Shown here: positions 1 to 9,011 of the stretch, piece by piece
Layout: every line of letters starts with the position of its first letter
Numbering within the stretch: the stretch's first letter is position 1
Made by a program: the position numbers and the translations under genes
The notes under the pieces: generated by a model
What the model was told of the DNA's origin: nothing
The model's database searches: none
The model's input: the letters and a program-made list of their open reading frames with translations, nothing else
Assembly (NCBI GenBank): GCA_041492755.1
Contig: JBGPXN010000084.1
Span: forward strand, 1 to 18,726
Length of the DNA stretch: 18,726 bases
Source: Candidatus Methylomirabilia bacterium
GTDB lineage: Bacteria; Methylomirabilota; Methylomirabilia; Rokubacteriales; CSP1-6
Direction: 5' to 3'

Positions 1-45
1 CGTTGCCGAGCGATGGGGGGAGTGGGGGGCCAGGTCGGGGCCCCC
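1..45. repeat. Family A palindromic repeat, partial copy A1 (cut by window start)
   Basis: cgttgccgagcga-G-run-agtggggggcc-aggtcgg-ggccccc matches copy A2 starting at 94, giving a tandem pair about 93 nt apart. Confidence 0.85.
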
Positions 46-67
46 GGAAGAAGCAAACAACGGAGGA

Positions 68-145
68 CGAGGAGCGCCCCGGGTGTCCCGGGGCGTTGCC
101 GAGCGAGGGGGGGAGTGGGGGGCCATGTCGGGGCCCCCCACTAAT
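68..145. repeat. Family A double-hairpin repeat, copy A2
   Basis: Hairpin 1 is cgccccggg(75-83)-tgt-cccggggcg(87-95). Hairpin 2 is agtggggggcc(114-124)-atgtcgg-ggccccccact(132-142). It ends 3 nt from the htpX stop codon. Confidence 0.9.
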
Positions 146-148
146 AGG

Positions 149-1000
149 TCACACCCGCATTGCGCGCAGGCGGGCGATGCGCATTTCCAGCGGGGGGTGC
201 GTCGAGAACAGGTTCATCAGGCGCTGGCCGCTGAGCGGGTTCACGATGAACAGATGCGCGGTGGCCGGGTTCGCCGCCATCGGGACGGCCTGCTGCGCCA
301 TGTGCAGCTTCTCGAGCGCCCGGGCCAGCCCTGACGTGCGGCCGGCGATCTGCGCGCCGGTGGCGTCCGCCTGGTACTCGCGCGCGCGCGACACCGCCAT
401 CTGCACGAGCATCGCCGCGATCGGGGCCAGGATGGCCATGAGCAGGGCACCGGCCATGTTACCGCCGCCCTCTTCGTCGTCGCCGCTGCGGTGGCCGCCG
501 AACATCGCGCCCCATTGGACCATGTGGGCCAGGTAGGTGATGGCGCCCGCGAGCGTGGCCGCGATGGTCGAGATGAGGATGTCGCGGTTCTTGACGTGTG
601 ACAGCTCGTGGGCGAGCACCCCCTCCAGCTCGTCTTCGTCCAGGATCCTCATGATGCCTTCCGTGACCGCGATCGCCGCGTGCTCGGGGTTGCGCCCGGT
701 GGCGAAGGCGTTCGGCGTCTCGCTCGGAATCAGGTACACGCGCGGCATCGGGATCTGGGCACGCGTGGCGAGCCGGCGGACCATCGAGTACAGGCGCGGC
801 GCGCTGGCTTCGTCGATCGGCTGGGCCCCGTACATCGCGAGCACGATGCGGTCGGAGAACCAATAACTGGCGACGTTCATGACGGCGGCGAGGATGAACG
901 CCATCAGCATGCCCTGCCCACCCCCGACCGCACCGCCGATGACGACCAGCATGGCTGTCAGTACGGCGAGCAACACCGCCGTCTTGAATATGTTCGACAT
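149..1000 (-). CDS. htpX: Zinc metalloprotease HtpX (M48 family), 283 aa
   Basis: N-terminal TM segments, [10 protein letters not shown], zinc motif HELSH, SRAREY.AD and FSTHPP. ATG at 1000 has a GGGGAG RBS. The longer ORF from 1501 is an artefactual extension. Confidence 0.95.
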   Translation of the reverse strand: MSNIFKTAVLLAVLTAMLVVIGGAVGGGQGMLMAFILAAVMNVASYWFSDRIVLAMYGAQPIDEASAPRLYSMVRRLATRAQIPMPRVYLIPSETPNAFATGRNPEHAAIAVTEGIMRILDEDELEGVLAHELSHVKNRDILISTIAATLAGAITYLAHMVQWGAMFGGHRSGDDEEGGGNMAGALLMAILAPIAAMLVQMAVSRAREYQADATGAQIAGRTSGLARALEKLHMAQQAVPMAANPATAHLFIVNPLSGQRLMNLFSTHPPLEMRIARLRAMRV

Positions 1001-1082
1001 AGACGTTCTCCCCTTGGGTTCGAGCGTCCGGAAGCTGCGACGGGCGTCCGCGATCGAGAACCATCGCGGATCTACGGAGCAG

Positions 1083-1111
1083 AGCGTAGCAAACCGCCTC
1101 CCCGGGAGCAA
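1083..1111 (-). promoter_or_regulatory. Putative sigma70 promoter for htpX
   Basis: Minus strand reads TTGCTC-N17-TACGCT, with an extended -10 (TGc) motif. Confidence 0.55.
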
Positions 1112-1128
1112 TCGGAAGGCAAAGCACC

Positions 1129-1157
1129 TTGACTTGCCGGGATGCCGCCGATACACT
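1129..1157 (+). promoter_or_regulatory. Putative sigma70 promoter for the yceD-rpmF-plsX-fab operon
   Basis: TTGACT(1129-1134)-N17-TACACT(1152-1157), close to consensus in a GC-rich background. Confidence 0.7.
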
Positions 1158-1238
1158 GGGCCGTCCTTGGAAAACGACGTTTGTTGACCGACAGTTAGCG
1201 CAAACTCGTCGTCCTCGGCGGGGCGCGCATGGACGAGG

Positions 1239-1742
1239 ATGATGATCATTCGGATGTCCGACATCCCGGAGGAAGGGATCCAGGTCGAGGACCGAGCCGC
1301 CTTCCGGTTCGTCGATGTCGCGTGGCGTCTGGACGGCGTGTCGCTCGCCGTGACCCTGGACGGTGATGAGGTCGATGTTCTCGGCCGGATTGCCGCCACC
1401 GTGCCCCAGACGTGCGGCCGCTGCCTGGAGGAGTACCCGGCGGCGGTGCAGGCGGCGGTGGACGTCCGGTTCGCACCCCGTCCCGCCGCCAGCCACAGCA
1501 TCGAGCTCGGCCGCGACGACCTCGACGTCGACTTCTACGTCAACGACGAGTTGAATCTCGGCGCGCTCGTGGAGAACGAAACGACGCTTGCCCTGCCCAT
1601 GAAGCCGCTCTGCCGCGACGATTGCCGCGGGCTCTGCCCCGCGTGCGGCAGCAACCGCAACCTCGGCGCCTGCGCGTGTCCCGCGCGGACCCCCGATCCG
1701 CGCCTGGCGGTCCTGAAGGATCTGGCCGCGCGCCTGAAATAG
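1239..1742 (+). CDS. yceD: DUF177/YceD family metal-binding protein
   Basis: CGRCL and [19 protein letters not shown]....C.C....DPRLAVL motifs, directly upstream of rpmF. Start could be 1239 or 1242. Confidence 0.9.
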   Translation: MMIIRMSDIPEEGIQVEDRAAFRFVDVAWRLDGVSLAVTLDGDEVDVLGRIAATVPQTCGRCLEEYPAAVQAAVDVRFAPRPAASHSIELGRDDLDVDFYVNDELNLGALVENETTLALPMKPLCRDDCRGLCPACGSNRNLGACACPARTPDPRLAVLKDLAARLK

Positions 1743-1751
1743 GAGACCGTC

Positions 1752-1934
1752 ATGCCTCTGCCGAAGCGACGCCATTCCAAGACGCGCGGGCGCAAGCGCC
1801 GTACGCACTACGTGCTCACCGCGCCCAGCCACTCGGTGTGTCCGCAGTGCCGCGAGCCCAAGCTGCCGCATCGGGTGTGCCCGCACTGCGGGTACTACAA
1901 AGGCCGGGAGATCGTCGCCGCTGAAGGCGCGTAA
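1752..1934 (+). CDS. rpmF: 50S ribosomal protein L32 (zinc-ribbon C+ form)
   Basis: MPLPKRRHSKTRGRKRRTH...CPQC...PHRVCPHCGYYKG, with an AGGAG RBS at 1741-1745. Confidence 0.97.
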   Translation: MPLPKRRHSKTRGRKRRTHYVLTAPSHSVCPQCREPKLPHRVCPHCGYYKGREIVAAEGA

Positions 1935-1952
1935 CCCGCGCCTTTTCCTCGC

Positions 1953-2972
1953 ATGAAGATCGCCGTCGACGCCATGGGAGGCGACTACGGACCGGCCGTC
2001 GTCGTCGAAGGCGCGGTGGCGGCGAGCCGCGAATTCGGCACGCCGGTCATGCTCGTCGGCGACCAGGCGTCAATCGAGCGTGAAGTCGCCCGCCTGGCCG
2101 CCAAGGACCTGGGCGTGGAGATCCACCACGCCTCGCAGGTCGTGGGCATGGCGGAGAGCGCGTCTCAAGCCCTGCGGCGCAAGCGGGATTCGTCCCTCCG
2201 CGTGGCCGCCCAGCTCGTCCGCGACGGCAAGGCGGCCGCTTTCGTCTCCGCCGGGAACACCGGCGCCGCCATGGCGATCGGGATGTTCGTCGTCGGCGTG
2301 CTCCCCGGCGTGGACCGGCCCGCCATCGCAGCGGTGCTACCCAACCAGCGGCGCTTCACCATCCTCATCGACGTCGGCGCCAACACGGATCCCAAGCCCT
2401 CGCACCTGCTGCAGTTTGCGGTGATGGGCCACGTGTATGCGCGCGACATCCTCGGCTTCGACAACCCACGGGTCGGGCTGCTGTCGGTCGGCGTAGAGGA
2501 AGGCAAGGGCAACGAGCTGACGAAGGAGGCGTACGAGCAGCTCAAGGGCTCGTCCCTGAACTTCATCGGCAACGTCGAGGGCCGCGACATCTACAACGGG
2601 CGGTGCGACGTGGTGGTGACGGACGGCTTCACCGGCAACGTGGCCCTGAAGATCTCGGAGAGCCTGGTGGAAACCCTGGGGTCGATGATCAAGGAGGAGC
2701 TCATGCGCGATCTCCGATCGCGCGTGGGTGCCGTCCTCGCCCAGCCGGCGCTCCGGCGGTTCCGCCGGCGCGTGGACTACACCGAGATGGGCGGAGCCCC
2801 CTTGCTCGGCATCGATGGCGCGGCGATCATCTGCCACGGCGCGTCTCCCGTGAAGGCCATCAAGAACGCGGTGCGGGTGGCGGGGGAGTGGGCCAGGGCC
2901 GGCGTGAACGAACACATCAAGGCCGCGCTGGAAGCGGAGGTGGCGCGCGGTCGAGAGGGAGGTCGCGAATGA
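1953..2972 (+). CDS. plsX: Phosphate acyltransferase PlsX
   Basis: IAVDAMGGD, SAGNTGA, DRPAI, GNVEGRD and DGFTGNVALK motifs, plus synteny. Confidence 0.97.
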   Translation: MKIAVDAMGGDYGPAVVVEGAVAASREFGTPVMLVGDQASIEREVARLAAKDLGVEIHHASQVVGMAESASQALRRKRDSSLRVAAQLVRDGKAAAFVSAGNTGAAMAIGMFVVGVLPGVDRPAIAAVLPNQRRFTILIDVGANTDPKPSHLLQFAVMGHVYARDILGFDNPRVGLLSVGVEEGKGNELTKEAYEQLKGSSLNFIGNVEGRDIYNGRCDVVVTDGFTGNVALKISESLVETLGSMIKEELMRDLRSRVGAVLAQPALRRFRRRVDYTEMGGAPLLGIDGAAIICHGASPVKAIKNAVRVAGEWARAGVNEHIKAALEAEVARGREGGRE

Positions 2973-3949
2973 CGCGGGCCACGATCACGGGAATAGGGGC
3001 CTGGGCGCCCAAGCGGATCCTCACCAACGCCGACCTCGCGACGATGGTCGAGACCAACGACGAGTGGATCGTCCAGCGCTCGGGGGTCCGGGAGCGCCAC
3101 ATCGCCGAGGACAGCGAGGCCACCTCGGACCTCGCGGTGCGGGCCGCGCAGCAGGCGCTGGAGCGGGCGAACCTGGTACCCGAGGACATCGAATTCATCG
3201 TCGTCGGCACCACCACGCCCGACCACTTTTTCCCGAGCACGGCCAACCTCGTGCAGCACCGGCTCGGCTGCCGGCGCGCGGGCTCCGTCGACCTCCTCGC
3301 CGCCTGCGCGGGCTCCGTGTACAGCCTCGGCGTGGGCGCCAAGTTCATCGAGACGGGCAAGTACCGCCGCGTGCTCTGCATCGGTGCCGAGACGCTCTCG
3401 AAGATCACCGACTTCACCGACCGCGGGACGTGCGTGCTGCTGGCCGACGCCGCCGGCGCGGTGGTGCTCGAGCCGGCCGATGACGGCCGCGGCATCATCG
3501 ACGTCGACCTCTACTCCGACGCCCAGTACGCCGACCTGCTCCACATGCCGGCCGGCGGCTCGCGCCATCCGGCGACGCGGGACACGGTCGACGCGCGGAT
3601 GCACTACGCCAAGATGAAGGGCAGCGAGGTCTTCAAGGTCGCGGTGCGGATGTTCACCGAGTGCACGCGCACCATCCTCGAGCGCCACGGGTTCACGGCC
3701 GCCGACGTCGACCTCTTCGTGCCGCATCAGGCCAACCTCCGCATCATCGAGGCCGCGGCCAAGCGGGTGGATCTGCCGATGGAGCGGGTATTCGTCAACG
3801 TCGACCGCTTCGGCAACACGGGCGCGGCGTCGGTGTACGTCGCGCTCGAGGAGGCAGTGGCCGCGGGCCGGATCGAGCGGGGCGACCTCGTCCTGCTCGC
3901 CGCGTTCGGTGGCGGTTTCGCCTGGGGCGCCGCGCTGCTGCGCTGGTGA
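2969..3949 (+). CDS. fabH: 3-oxoacyl-ACP synthase III
   Basis: Catalytic Cys (AACAG), His (PHQAN) and Asn (GNT). ATGA overlap with the plsX stop and a GGAGG RBS. Confidence 0.95.
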   Translation: MTRATITGIGAWAPKRILTNADLATMVETNDEWIVQRSGVRERHIAEDSEATSDLAVRAAQQALERANLVPEDIEFIVVGTTTPDHFFPSTANLVQHRLGCRRAGSVDLLAACAGSVYSLGVGAKFIETGKYRRVLCIGAETLSKITDFTDRGTCVLLADAAGAVVLEPADDGRGIIDVDLYSDAQYADLLHMPAGGSRHPATRDTVDARMHYAKMKGSEVFKVAVRMFTECTRTILERHGFTAADVDLFVPHQANLRIIEAAAKRVDLPMERVFVNVDRFGNTGAASVYVALEEAVAAGRIERGDLVLLAAFGGGFAWGAALLRW

Positions 3950-3954
3950 GCACC

Positions 3955-4890
3955 ATGAGTATCGCGTTTCTCTTCCCCGGTCAGGGCTCGCAGGCCGTCG
4001 GCATGGGACGCCAGTTTCGCGACGCCTCCGTCGCCGCGAAGTCCATCTTCGCGGAGGCCGACGACGCGCTCGGCTTCGATCTGACGACGCTGATGTTCGA
4101 GGGCCCGGCGGCGGAGCTCGCGCTGACCGTGAACACGCAACCGGCCGTGCTCACCGCCAGCGTGGCCGTGGCGGCCGCGTGCGCCGAGCGGGGACTGCGC
4201 CCCGGCCTCGCCGCCGGTCACAGCCTTGGGGAGTACTCGGCCTTGGTGGTGTCGGGCGCGCTGCGGTTCGCCGATGCCGTGCGCCTCGTGCGTAAGCGGG
4301 GTCAGTTCATGCAGGAGGCGGTGCCGGTAGGCACCGGCGCGATGGCCGCGATCATGGGCCTCGACGTCGCGGCCGTGGAGCAGGTGTGCGCGGAGGCTGC
4401 CGAGGGCGAGGTTGTCGGGATCGCGACCCTGAACTCGCCGGCGCAGACCGTCATCGCGGGACATCGCGCCGCCGTGGAGCGCGCCGTGGCGCTCGCCGCC
4501 GCGCGCGGCGGGCGGAAGAGCGTGCTGCTGCCGGTGAGCGCGCCGTTCCACTGCGCGCTCATGGCCCCGGCCGCGGAGCGGCTGCGCCGTGAGCTGGACG
4601 CGGTGCCGGTGGAGGATCCCACCATCCCGGTCGTCCGCAACGTGGACGGCGAGGTCGCGCGCTGCGCCGCCGACGTCCGCGACGGGCTGCTGCGTCAGGT
4701 TGCGAGTCCGGTCAGGTGGACGACCTGCGTCGAGCGCCTGCGCGCCGAGGGCGCCGAGACCTTCGTCGAAGTTGGGCCCGGTCGCGTGCTCAGCGCCATG
4801 ATCAAGCGCATCGTCGACGGCGCGCGTGGCCTGGCCGTCGAGGACCCGGCCGATCTCGACGGCGTCCTGATCGCCGTCGTCCACGCATGA
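3955..4890 (+). CDS. fabD: Malonyl-CoA:ACP transacylase
   Basis: FPGQGSQ, TQPA, GHSLGEY and VSAPFH motifs. ATG at 3955. Confidence 0.95.
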   Translation: MSIAFLFPGQGSQAVGMGRQFRDASVAAKSIFAEADDALGFDLTTLMFEGPAAELALTVNTQPAVLTASVAVAAACAERGLRPGLAAGHSLGEYSALVVSGALRFADAVRLVRKRGQFMQEAVPVGTGAMAAIMGLDVAAVEQVCAEAAEGEVVGIATLNSPAQTVIAGHRAAVERAVALAAARGGRKSVLLPVSAPFHCALMAPAAERLRRELDAVPVEDPTIPVVRNVDGEVARCAADVRDGLLRQVASPVRWTTCVERLRAEGAETFVEVGPGRVLSAMIKRIVDGARGLAVEDPADLDGVLIAVVHA

Positions 4891-5636
4891 CCGACAAGGC
4901 GCTGGCCGGGAAGGTGGCCATCGTCACCGGCGGCAGTCGCGGCATCGGCGCCGCGGTGGCCGCGTGCCTGGCGGAGTCCGGAGCCAGCGTGGTAGTCTCG
5001 GGCCGCGACGGCGAGCGTCTGCAGCGGGCCGTCGCCGAGCTCGAAGCGTCGGGCGCGACCGCGCTCGGCATCGTTGCCGACGCCGCGCGCCGCGAGGACG
5101 GCGAGCGCCTGATCGAGGCGGCCCGCCAGCAGTTCGGCCGCCTGGACGTGCTCGTCAACAATGCCGGCATCACCCGCGACGGGCTGCTCGTCCGCATGAA
5201 GGACGATGACTGGGACCGCGTGCTCGACATCAACCTTCGGGGAGTATTCCTGATGACCCGCGCCGCCGCGAAGGCGATGATGCGGCAGAAGAGCGGCCGC
5301 ATCATCAACATCTCGTCGACGGCGGCCGCGATGGGCAATCCGGGCCAGGCCAATTACGCCGCGGCCAAGGCCGGGCTCGAGGGGCTGACGCGGGCGACGG
5401 CGCGCGAGCTGGCGCACTGGAACGTCCTCGTCAACGCGGTGGCGCCGGGGTTGATCGAGACCGACATGACCGCGGCCATCCCCGCCGATGCGCGCGAGGC
5501 GCTCATGGCGCAGATCCCGCTGCGGCGGATGGGAACGGCGCGCGAGGTGGCTGAGATGGTACGATTCCTCGCCGGAGACGGGGCCGGGTACGTCACCGGC
5601 CAGGTGTTCCACGTCAACGGCGGGTTGTACATGTAG
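4887..5636 (+). CDS. fabG: 3-oxoacyl-ACP reductase
   Basis: TGGSRGIG, NNAGITRD and GNPGQANYAAAK motifs. ATGA overlap with the fabD stop. Confidence 0.95.
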   Translation: MTDKALAGKVAIVTGGSRGIGAAVAACLAESGASVVVSGRDGERLQRAVAELEASGATALGIVADAARREDGERLIEAARQQFGRLDVLVNNAGITRDGLLVRMKDDDWDRVLDINLRGVFLMTRAAAKAMMRQKSGRIINISSTAAAMGNPGQANYAAAKAGLEGLTRATARELAHWNVLVNAVAPGLIETDMTAAIPADAREALMAQIPLRRMGTAREVAEMVRFLAGDGAGYVTGQVFHVNGGLYM

Positions 5637-5670
5637 CGGCAGCGCATTCTTTCGGGGAGGGGACCGCTAG

Positions 5671-5907
5671 ATGGCGAAGTCAGTTGAGGAGAAGGTGAAG
5701 GAGATCATCGTCGAGCAGCTCGGCGTTGAAGAGGACGACGTGACGCCGAACGCGAAATTCATCGAAGACCTCGGCGCCGACTCACTGGACACCGTCGAGC
5801 TCGTCATGGCTCTGGAAGAGCACTTCGACATCCAGATCCCGGACGAGGACGCGGAGAAGATCGTCACCGTCGGCGACGCCGTCCAGTACATCAAGGACAA
5901 CTCGTAA
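5671..5907 (+). CDS. acpP: Acyl carrier protein
   Basis: [18 protein letters not shown] phosphopantetheine site, acidic 78 aa protein, GGAGG RBS. Confidence 0.97.
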   Translation: MAKSVEEKVKEIIVEQLGVEEDDVTPNAKFIEDLGADSLDTVELVMALEEHFDIQIPDEDAEKIVTVGDAVQYIKDNS

Positions 5908-5909
5908 CG

Positions 5910-7181
5910 GTGGCAGCCCGCCGCGTCGTCGTCACCGGGCTCGGTGCCCTCACGCCGGTCGGCAACACGGCGGAGGAGACGTGGGCGAACCTCGTCCAGG
6001 GACGCTCCGGGATCGGCCCTATCACGAAGTTCGACGCCAGCGAGAAGGACGCGAGCGGTGCCTACCGGTTCGCGACTCGCATCGCCGGCGAAGTCCGCAA
6101 CTTCGATCCCCTCCAGTACCTCGACAAGAAGGAGGCCCGCCGGCTGGATCCGTTCCTCCAGTACGCGATCGCGTGCTCCGCGATGGCGGTGGAGGACGCC
6201 GGGCTCGACGTGGGAAAGGTCGAAGCCACCCGCTTCGGCGTCCTCATCGGCTCGGGGGTGGGCGGCATCACGACCTTGCTCGAGAGTGAGGAGGTCCGCC
6301 GGACGAAGGGACCCGAGCGCGTCTCGCCGTTCATGGTTCCGATGCTCATCATCAACATGGCGTCGGGGCTGGTGTCCATGCGGTTCGGGGCCAAGGGCCC
6401 CAACTCCTCGGTGGTGACCGCCTGCGCGACCGGCAACCACGCCATCGGCGACGCCTTCCGGCTCATCCAGCGCGGCGACGCCGACGTGATGATCGCGGGC
6501 GGCTCCGAGGCGATGCTGGTGCCGCTCACCGTCGCCGGCTTTTGCGCCATGAAGGCGATGTCGACGCGCAACGACGATCCCGAGCGGGCCTCGCGGCCGT
6601 TCGACGCCGACCGCGACGGGTTCGTGTGCAGCGAGGGCGCGGGGATCCTGATCGTCGAATCACTCGAGCATGCGCTGGGGCGGGACGCCCGGATCTACGC
6701 GGAGCTTGTCGGTTACGGGATGACGTCCGACGCGCATCACATGACGGCGCCCGATCCCGCCGGCGACGGCGCCGCGCGGGCGATGACGCTGGCTCTCAGT
6801 GACGCCGGCCTCGGGCCCGGCGACGTCGGCTACGTCAACGCCCACGGGACGTCGACGCCCTACAACGACAAGTTCGAGACGATGGCGATCAAGCGGGTGT
6901 TCGGTGACCACGCCCGTCGCCTCGCCGTGTCGTCCACCAAGTCGATGACCGGGCACCTGCTGGGCGCGGCGGGCGGGGTGGAGGCGGTCGCCACCGTGCT
7001 CGCGCTCCACCACGGCTTGCTGCCGCCGACGATCAACTATCAGACGCCGGACCCCGAATGTGATCTCGACTACGTGCCCAACCAGGCCCGCAAGGTCGAC
7101 GTGGAGGTCGCGCTGTCGAACGCGTTCGGCTTCGGCGGCACGAATGCGACGCTCCTGTTTCGCAAGTCTCCGGGCCGGTGA
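5910..7181 (+). CDS. fabF: 3-oxoacyl-ACP synthase II
   Basis: [34 protein letters not shown] and SNAFGFGG motifs. GTG start. Confidence 0.95.
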   Translation: MAARRVVVTGLGALTPVGNTAEETWANLVQGRSGIGPITKFDASEKDASGAYRFATRIAGEVRNFDPLQYLDKKEARRLDPFLQYAIACSAMAVEDAGLDVGKVEATRFGVLIGSGVGGITTLLESEEVRRTKGPERVSPFMVPMLIINMASGLVSMRFGAKGPNSSVVTACATGNHAIGDAFRLIQRGDADVMIAGGSEAMLVPLTVAGFCAMKAMSTRNDDPERASRPFDADRDGFVCSEGAGILIVESLEHALGRDARIYAELVGYGMTSDAHHMTAPDPAGDGAARAMTLALSDAGLGPGDVGYVNAHGTSTPYNDKFETMAIKRVFGDHARRLAVSSTKSMTGHLLGAAGGVEAVATVLALHHGLLPPTINYQTPDPECDLDYVPNQARKVDVEVALSNAFGFGGTNATLLFRKSPGR

Positions 7182-7182
7182 C

Positions 7183-7308
7183 CCGGGGCGATGAAACGAC
7201 CCCATCTGCGTCGTTGGCTCGGTCGCTCCTCCCTGCGGCGTACTCGGAGTACGCCTCGGTCGTCGTCTCCCTCGCCGCCTCGCATCTGGGGCCGTTTGAT
7301 CGCCCCGG
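7183..7308. repeat. Family B long inverted-repeat element, copy B1
   Basis: 28-nt terminal arms with 4 mismatches (ccggggcgatgaaacgaccccatctgcg / cgcatctggggccgtttgatcgccccgg) and a central palindrome ggcgtactc-g-gagtacgcc (7237-7255). Homologous to 13681-13799. Confidence 0.9.
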
Positions 7309-7321
7309 TGGCGACTCCTTC

Positions 7322-7357
7322 GTCGGCGTCTGCCTCGCCGCTTCGCGTCTCGGGGCC
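7322..7357. repeat. Degenerate partial copy of the family B right arm
   Basis: gtcggcgtctgcctcgccgcttcgcgtctcggggcc aligns to 7259-7293 with 4 substitutions and 1 insertion. Confidence 0.7.
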
Positions 7358-7396
7358 TGGGCACCGGCTCGTTTTCGGCTGCTAGTCCGGCTGGCG

Positions 7397-7837
7397 GTGG
7401 AGGCTGAGCTCGACCGGCTGGAGGAGCGGCTCGGATATCGCTTCGGCCGGCGCGCGCTTGTCGAACGCGCGCTGACCCACGCCTCCTACGCCAACGAGCA
7501 CGCGCCGCTCCCGAACCAGGAGGCGCTGGCCTTCGTCGGCGACGCTGTTCTTGGCCTCGTCGTCGGCGAGTGGGTGTTCCGCGCTGACGACGCGGCCGCC
7601 GTCGGCGTGCTCACGCCGCAGCGCGCCGCCCTCGTCTCCGGCGCGAACCTCGCTCGCTGGGCGCGCGACCTCGACCTCGGCGAGCTGCTGCGCCTGGGGC
7701 GCGGCGAGGACCAGACGGGGGGCCGCGGGCGCGAGTCGATCCTCGCCACCACGCTCGAAGCCGTGCTCGGCGCCGTCTACCTCGACGGGGGACTGGAGGA
7801 GGCCCGGCGGATCATCGGCCGTCTGGCCGTGTGGTAG
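7397..7837 (+). CDS. rnc: Ribonuclease III-domain protein lacking dsRBD (about 146 aa)
   Basis: LEERLGYRF..ALTHASY, QEALAFVGDAVL, LGRGE..TGGR.RESILATTLEAVLGAVYLDGG motifs, at the usual rnc position after acpP-fabF. The GTG start at 7397 is inferred from the domain boundary; the frame is open back to 7178. Confidence 0.8.
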   Translation: MEAELDRLEERLGYRFGRRALVERALTHASYANEHAPLPNQEALAFVGDAVLGLVVGEWVFRADDAAAVGVLTPQRAALVSGANLARWARDLDLGELLRLGRGEDQTGGRGRESILATTLEAVLGAVYLDGGLEEARRIIGRLAVW

Positions 7838-7846
7838 GCTGACGGC

Positions 7847-8995
7847 ATGCGTCTATGGCCGTTCCGCGGCCGTCGCGCGCCGGTCGTGGCCTCGGCCGAG
7901 GATCTGATCTTCACCGAGGATCTCCTTCGCCGCGGCATCGACGACGTCTTCACCGTCCGGGAGCGGCAGATTCGGGGCGGCATCATCGTGTTCCGCGGCG
8001 AGCTGCGCGTTCCCCCCGCGCCCGCGCTGGAGGCGCTGCTCGCCCGATTCCGGCCCGCCGGCTTCACGCCGTTCTTGAAGAGCGAAGGCGGCGAGATCGT
8101 CCTGCAGGCCTGGCCGCTGGCCGACGTGCGCGAGCGCTCGGGGGTGGGGCTCAACGTCGTGCTCTTCGCGCTGACCTGCGTGTCGACCCTCTTCGCGGGC
8201 ACGTACTTCGCCGGCTCGCCGCTCTTCGACGCGCTCCGCGGATCGTCGTCGATGGTGCATCTGCTGAGCGGCGTCCCGTTCGCGTTCACGCTGCTCGCCA
8301 TCCTCGGCGTCCACGAGTTCGGCCACTACTTCACGGCGCGGCACTACCGGGCATCGGTGAGCCTGCCCTATTTCATCCCGGCCCCGCCGCCGATCTTCCT
8401 GTTCGGCACCATGGGCGCGATCATCCGCATGCGCTCGCCCGCGACCAACCGCAACGTGCTGTTCGACATCGCGGCCGCCGGCCCGCTCGCCGGCCTGCTC
8501 ATCGCGGTCCCCGCGATCCTCCTCGGGCTCGGGTGGTCGTCGATCGTTCCGGCGCCGGCGGGTGGGCATCTCGTGTTCGGCGACTCGTTGCTCCTGCGCG
8601 GGCTCATGTATCTGCGCTGGGGCAACGTCCCCGACGGCATGATGGTGTTCACGCACCCCATCGCCGATGCCGCGTGGGCGGGGTTGTTCGTGACCGCCGT
8701 CAACCTGTTCCCGGTGGGCCAGCTCGACGGTGGACGCATCGCGTACGCGCTGTTCGGGCGCCATCACCGCGCGGTCGGCATGGCCACCGTGGCCGGGCTC
8801 GTGCTGATGGGCGCGTGGACGTGGTCCGCGAACTGGTTCGTGTGGGCGGCGCTCATCGTGCTGCTGATCGGGTTCCACCACAGCCCGCCGCTCGACGACG
8901 TGACACCGCTCAGTCCCGGCCGCCGCGTCGTCGGCGTCCTTTGCCTGCTCCTGCTCGTCCTGCTCATCCCGCCCGTCCCCATCGGCGTCGGTTAG
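7847..8995 (+). CDS. Site-2 protease family (M50) membrane zinc metalloprotease
   Basis: HEFGH, AAAGPLAG and NLFPVGQLDGGRI motifs, with multiple TM segments. Confidence 0.92.
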   Translation: MRLWPFRGRRAPVVASAEDLIFTEDLLRRGIDDVFTVRERQIRGGIIVFRGELRVPPAPALEALLARFRPAGFTPFLKSEGGEIVLQAWPLADVRERSGVGLNVVLFALTCVSTLFAGTYFAGSPLFDALRGSSSMVHLLSGVPFAFTLLAILGVHEFGHYFTARHYRASVSLPYFIPAPPPIFLFGTMGAIIRMRSPATNRNVLFDIAAAGPLAGLLIAVPAILLGLGWSSIVPAPAGGHLVFGDSLLLRGLMYLRWGNVPDGMMVFTHPIADAAWAGLFVTAVNLFPVGQLDGGRIAYALFGRHHRAVGMATVAGLVLMGAWTWSANWFVWAALIVLLIGFHHSPPLDDVTPLSPGRRVVGVLCLLLLVLLIPPVPIGVG

Positions 8996-9011
8996 CCGCC
9001 GCGCAGTCAGC

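Noticed and set aside
149..156. tcacaccc as an inverted terminal repeat matching the gggtgtga leader of A3/A4
   Set aside because: It is the htpX coding end (cgg gtg tga) and is absent from the right side of A3, so it is likely coincidence.
459..1886. Long antisense or alternate-frame ORFs (e.g. 459..1886, 12235..13701, 14656..17004)
   Set aside because: These are shadow ORFs typical of high-GC DNA, overlapping well-supported genes, with no recognisable motifs.
1953..7181. fab cluster as a secondary-metabolite (type II PKS) locus
   Set aside because: It has the canonical rpmF-plsX-fabHDG-acpP-fabF primary fatty-acid synteny, with no chain-length factor or tailoring genes.
7191..7385. Small ORFs MKRPHLRRWL (7191) and MKRSHLRRWL (13687) as conserved peptides
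   Set aside because: Similarity comes from the repeat itself, frames and lengths diverge afterwards, and there is no RBS.
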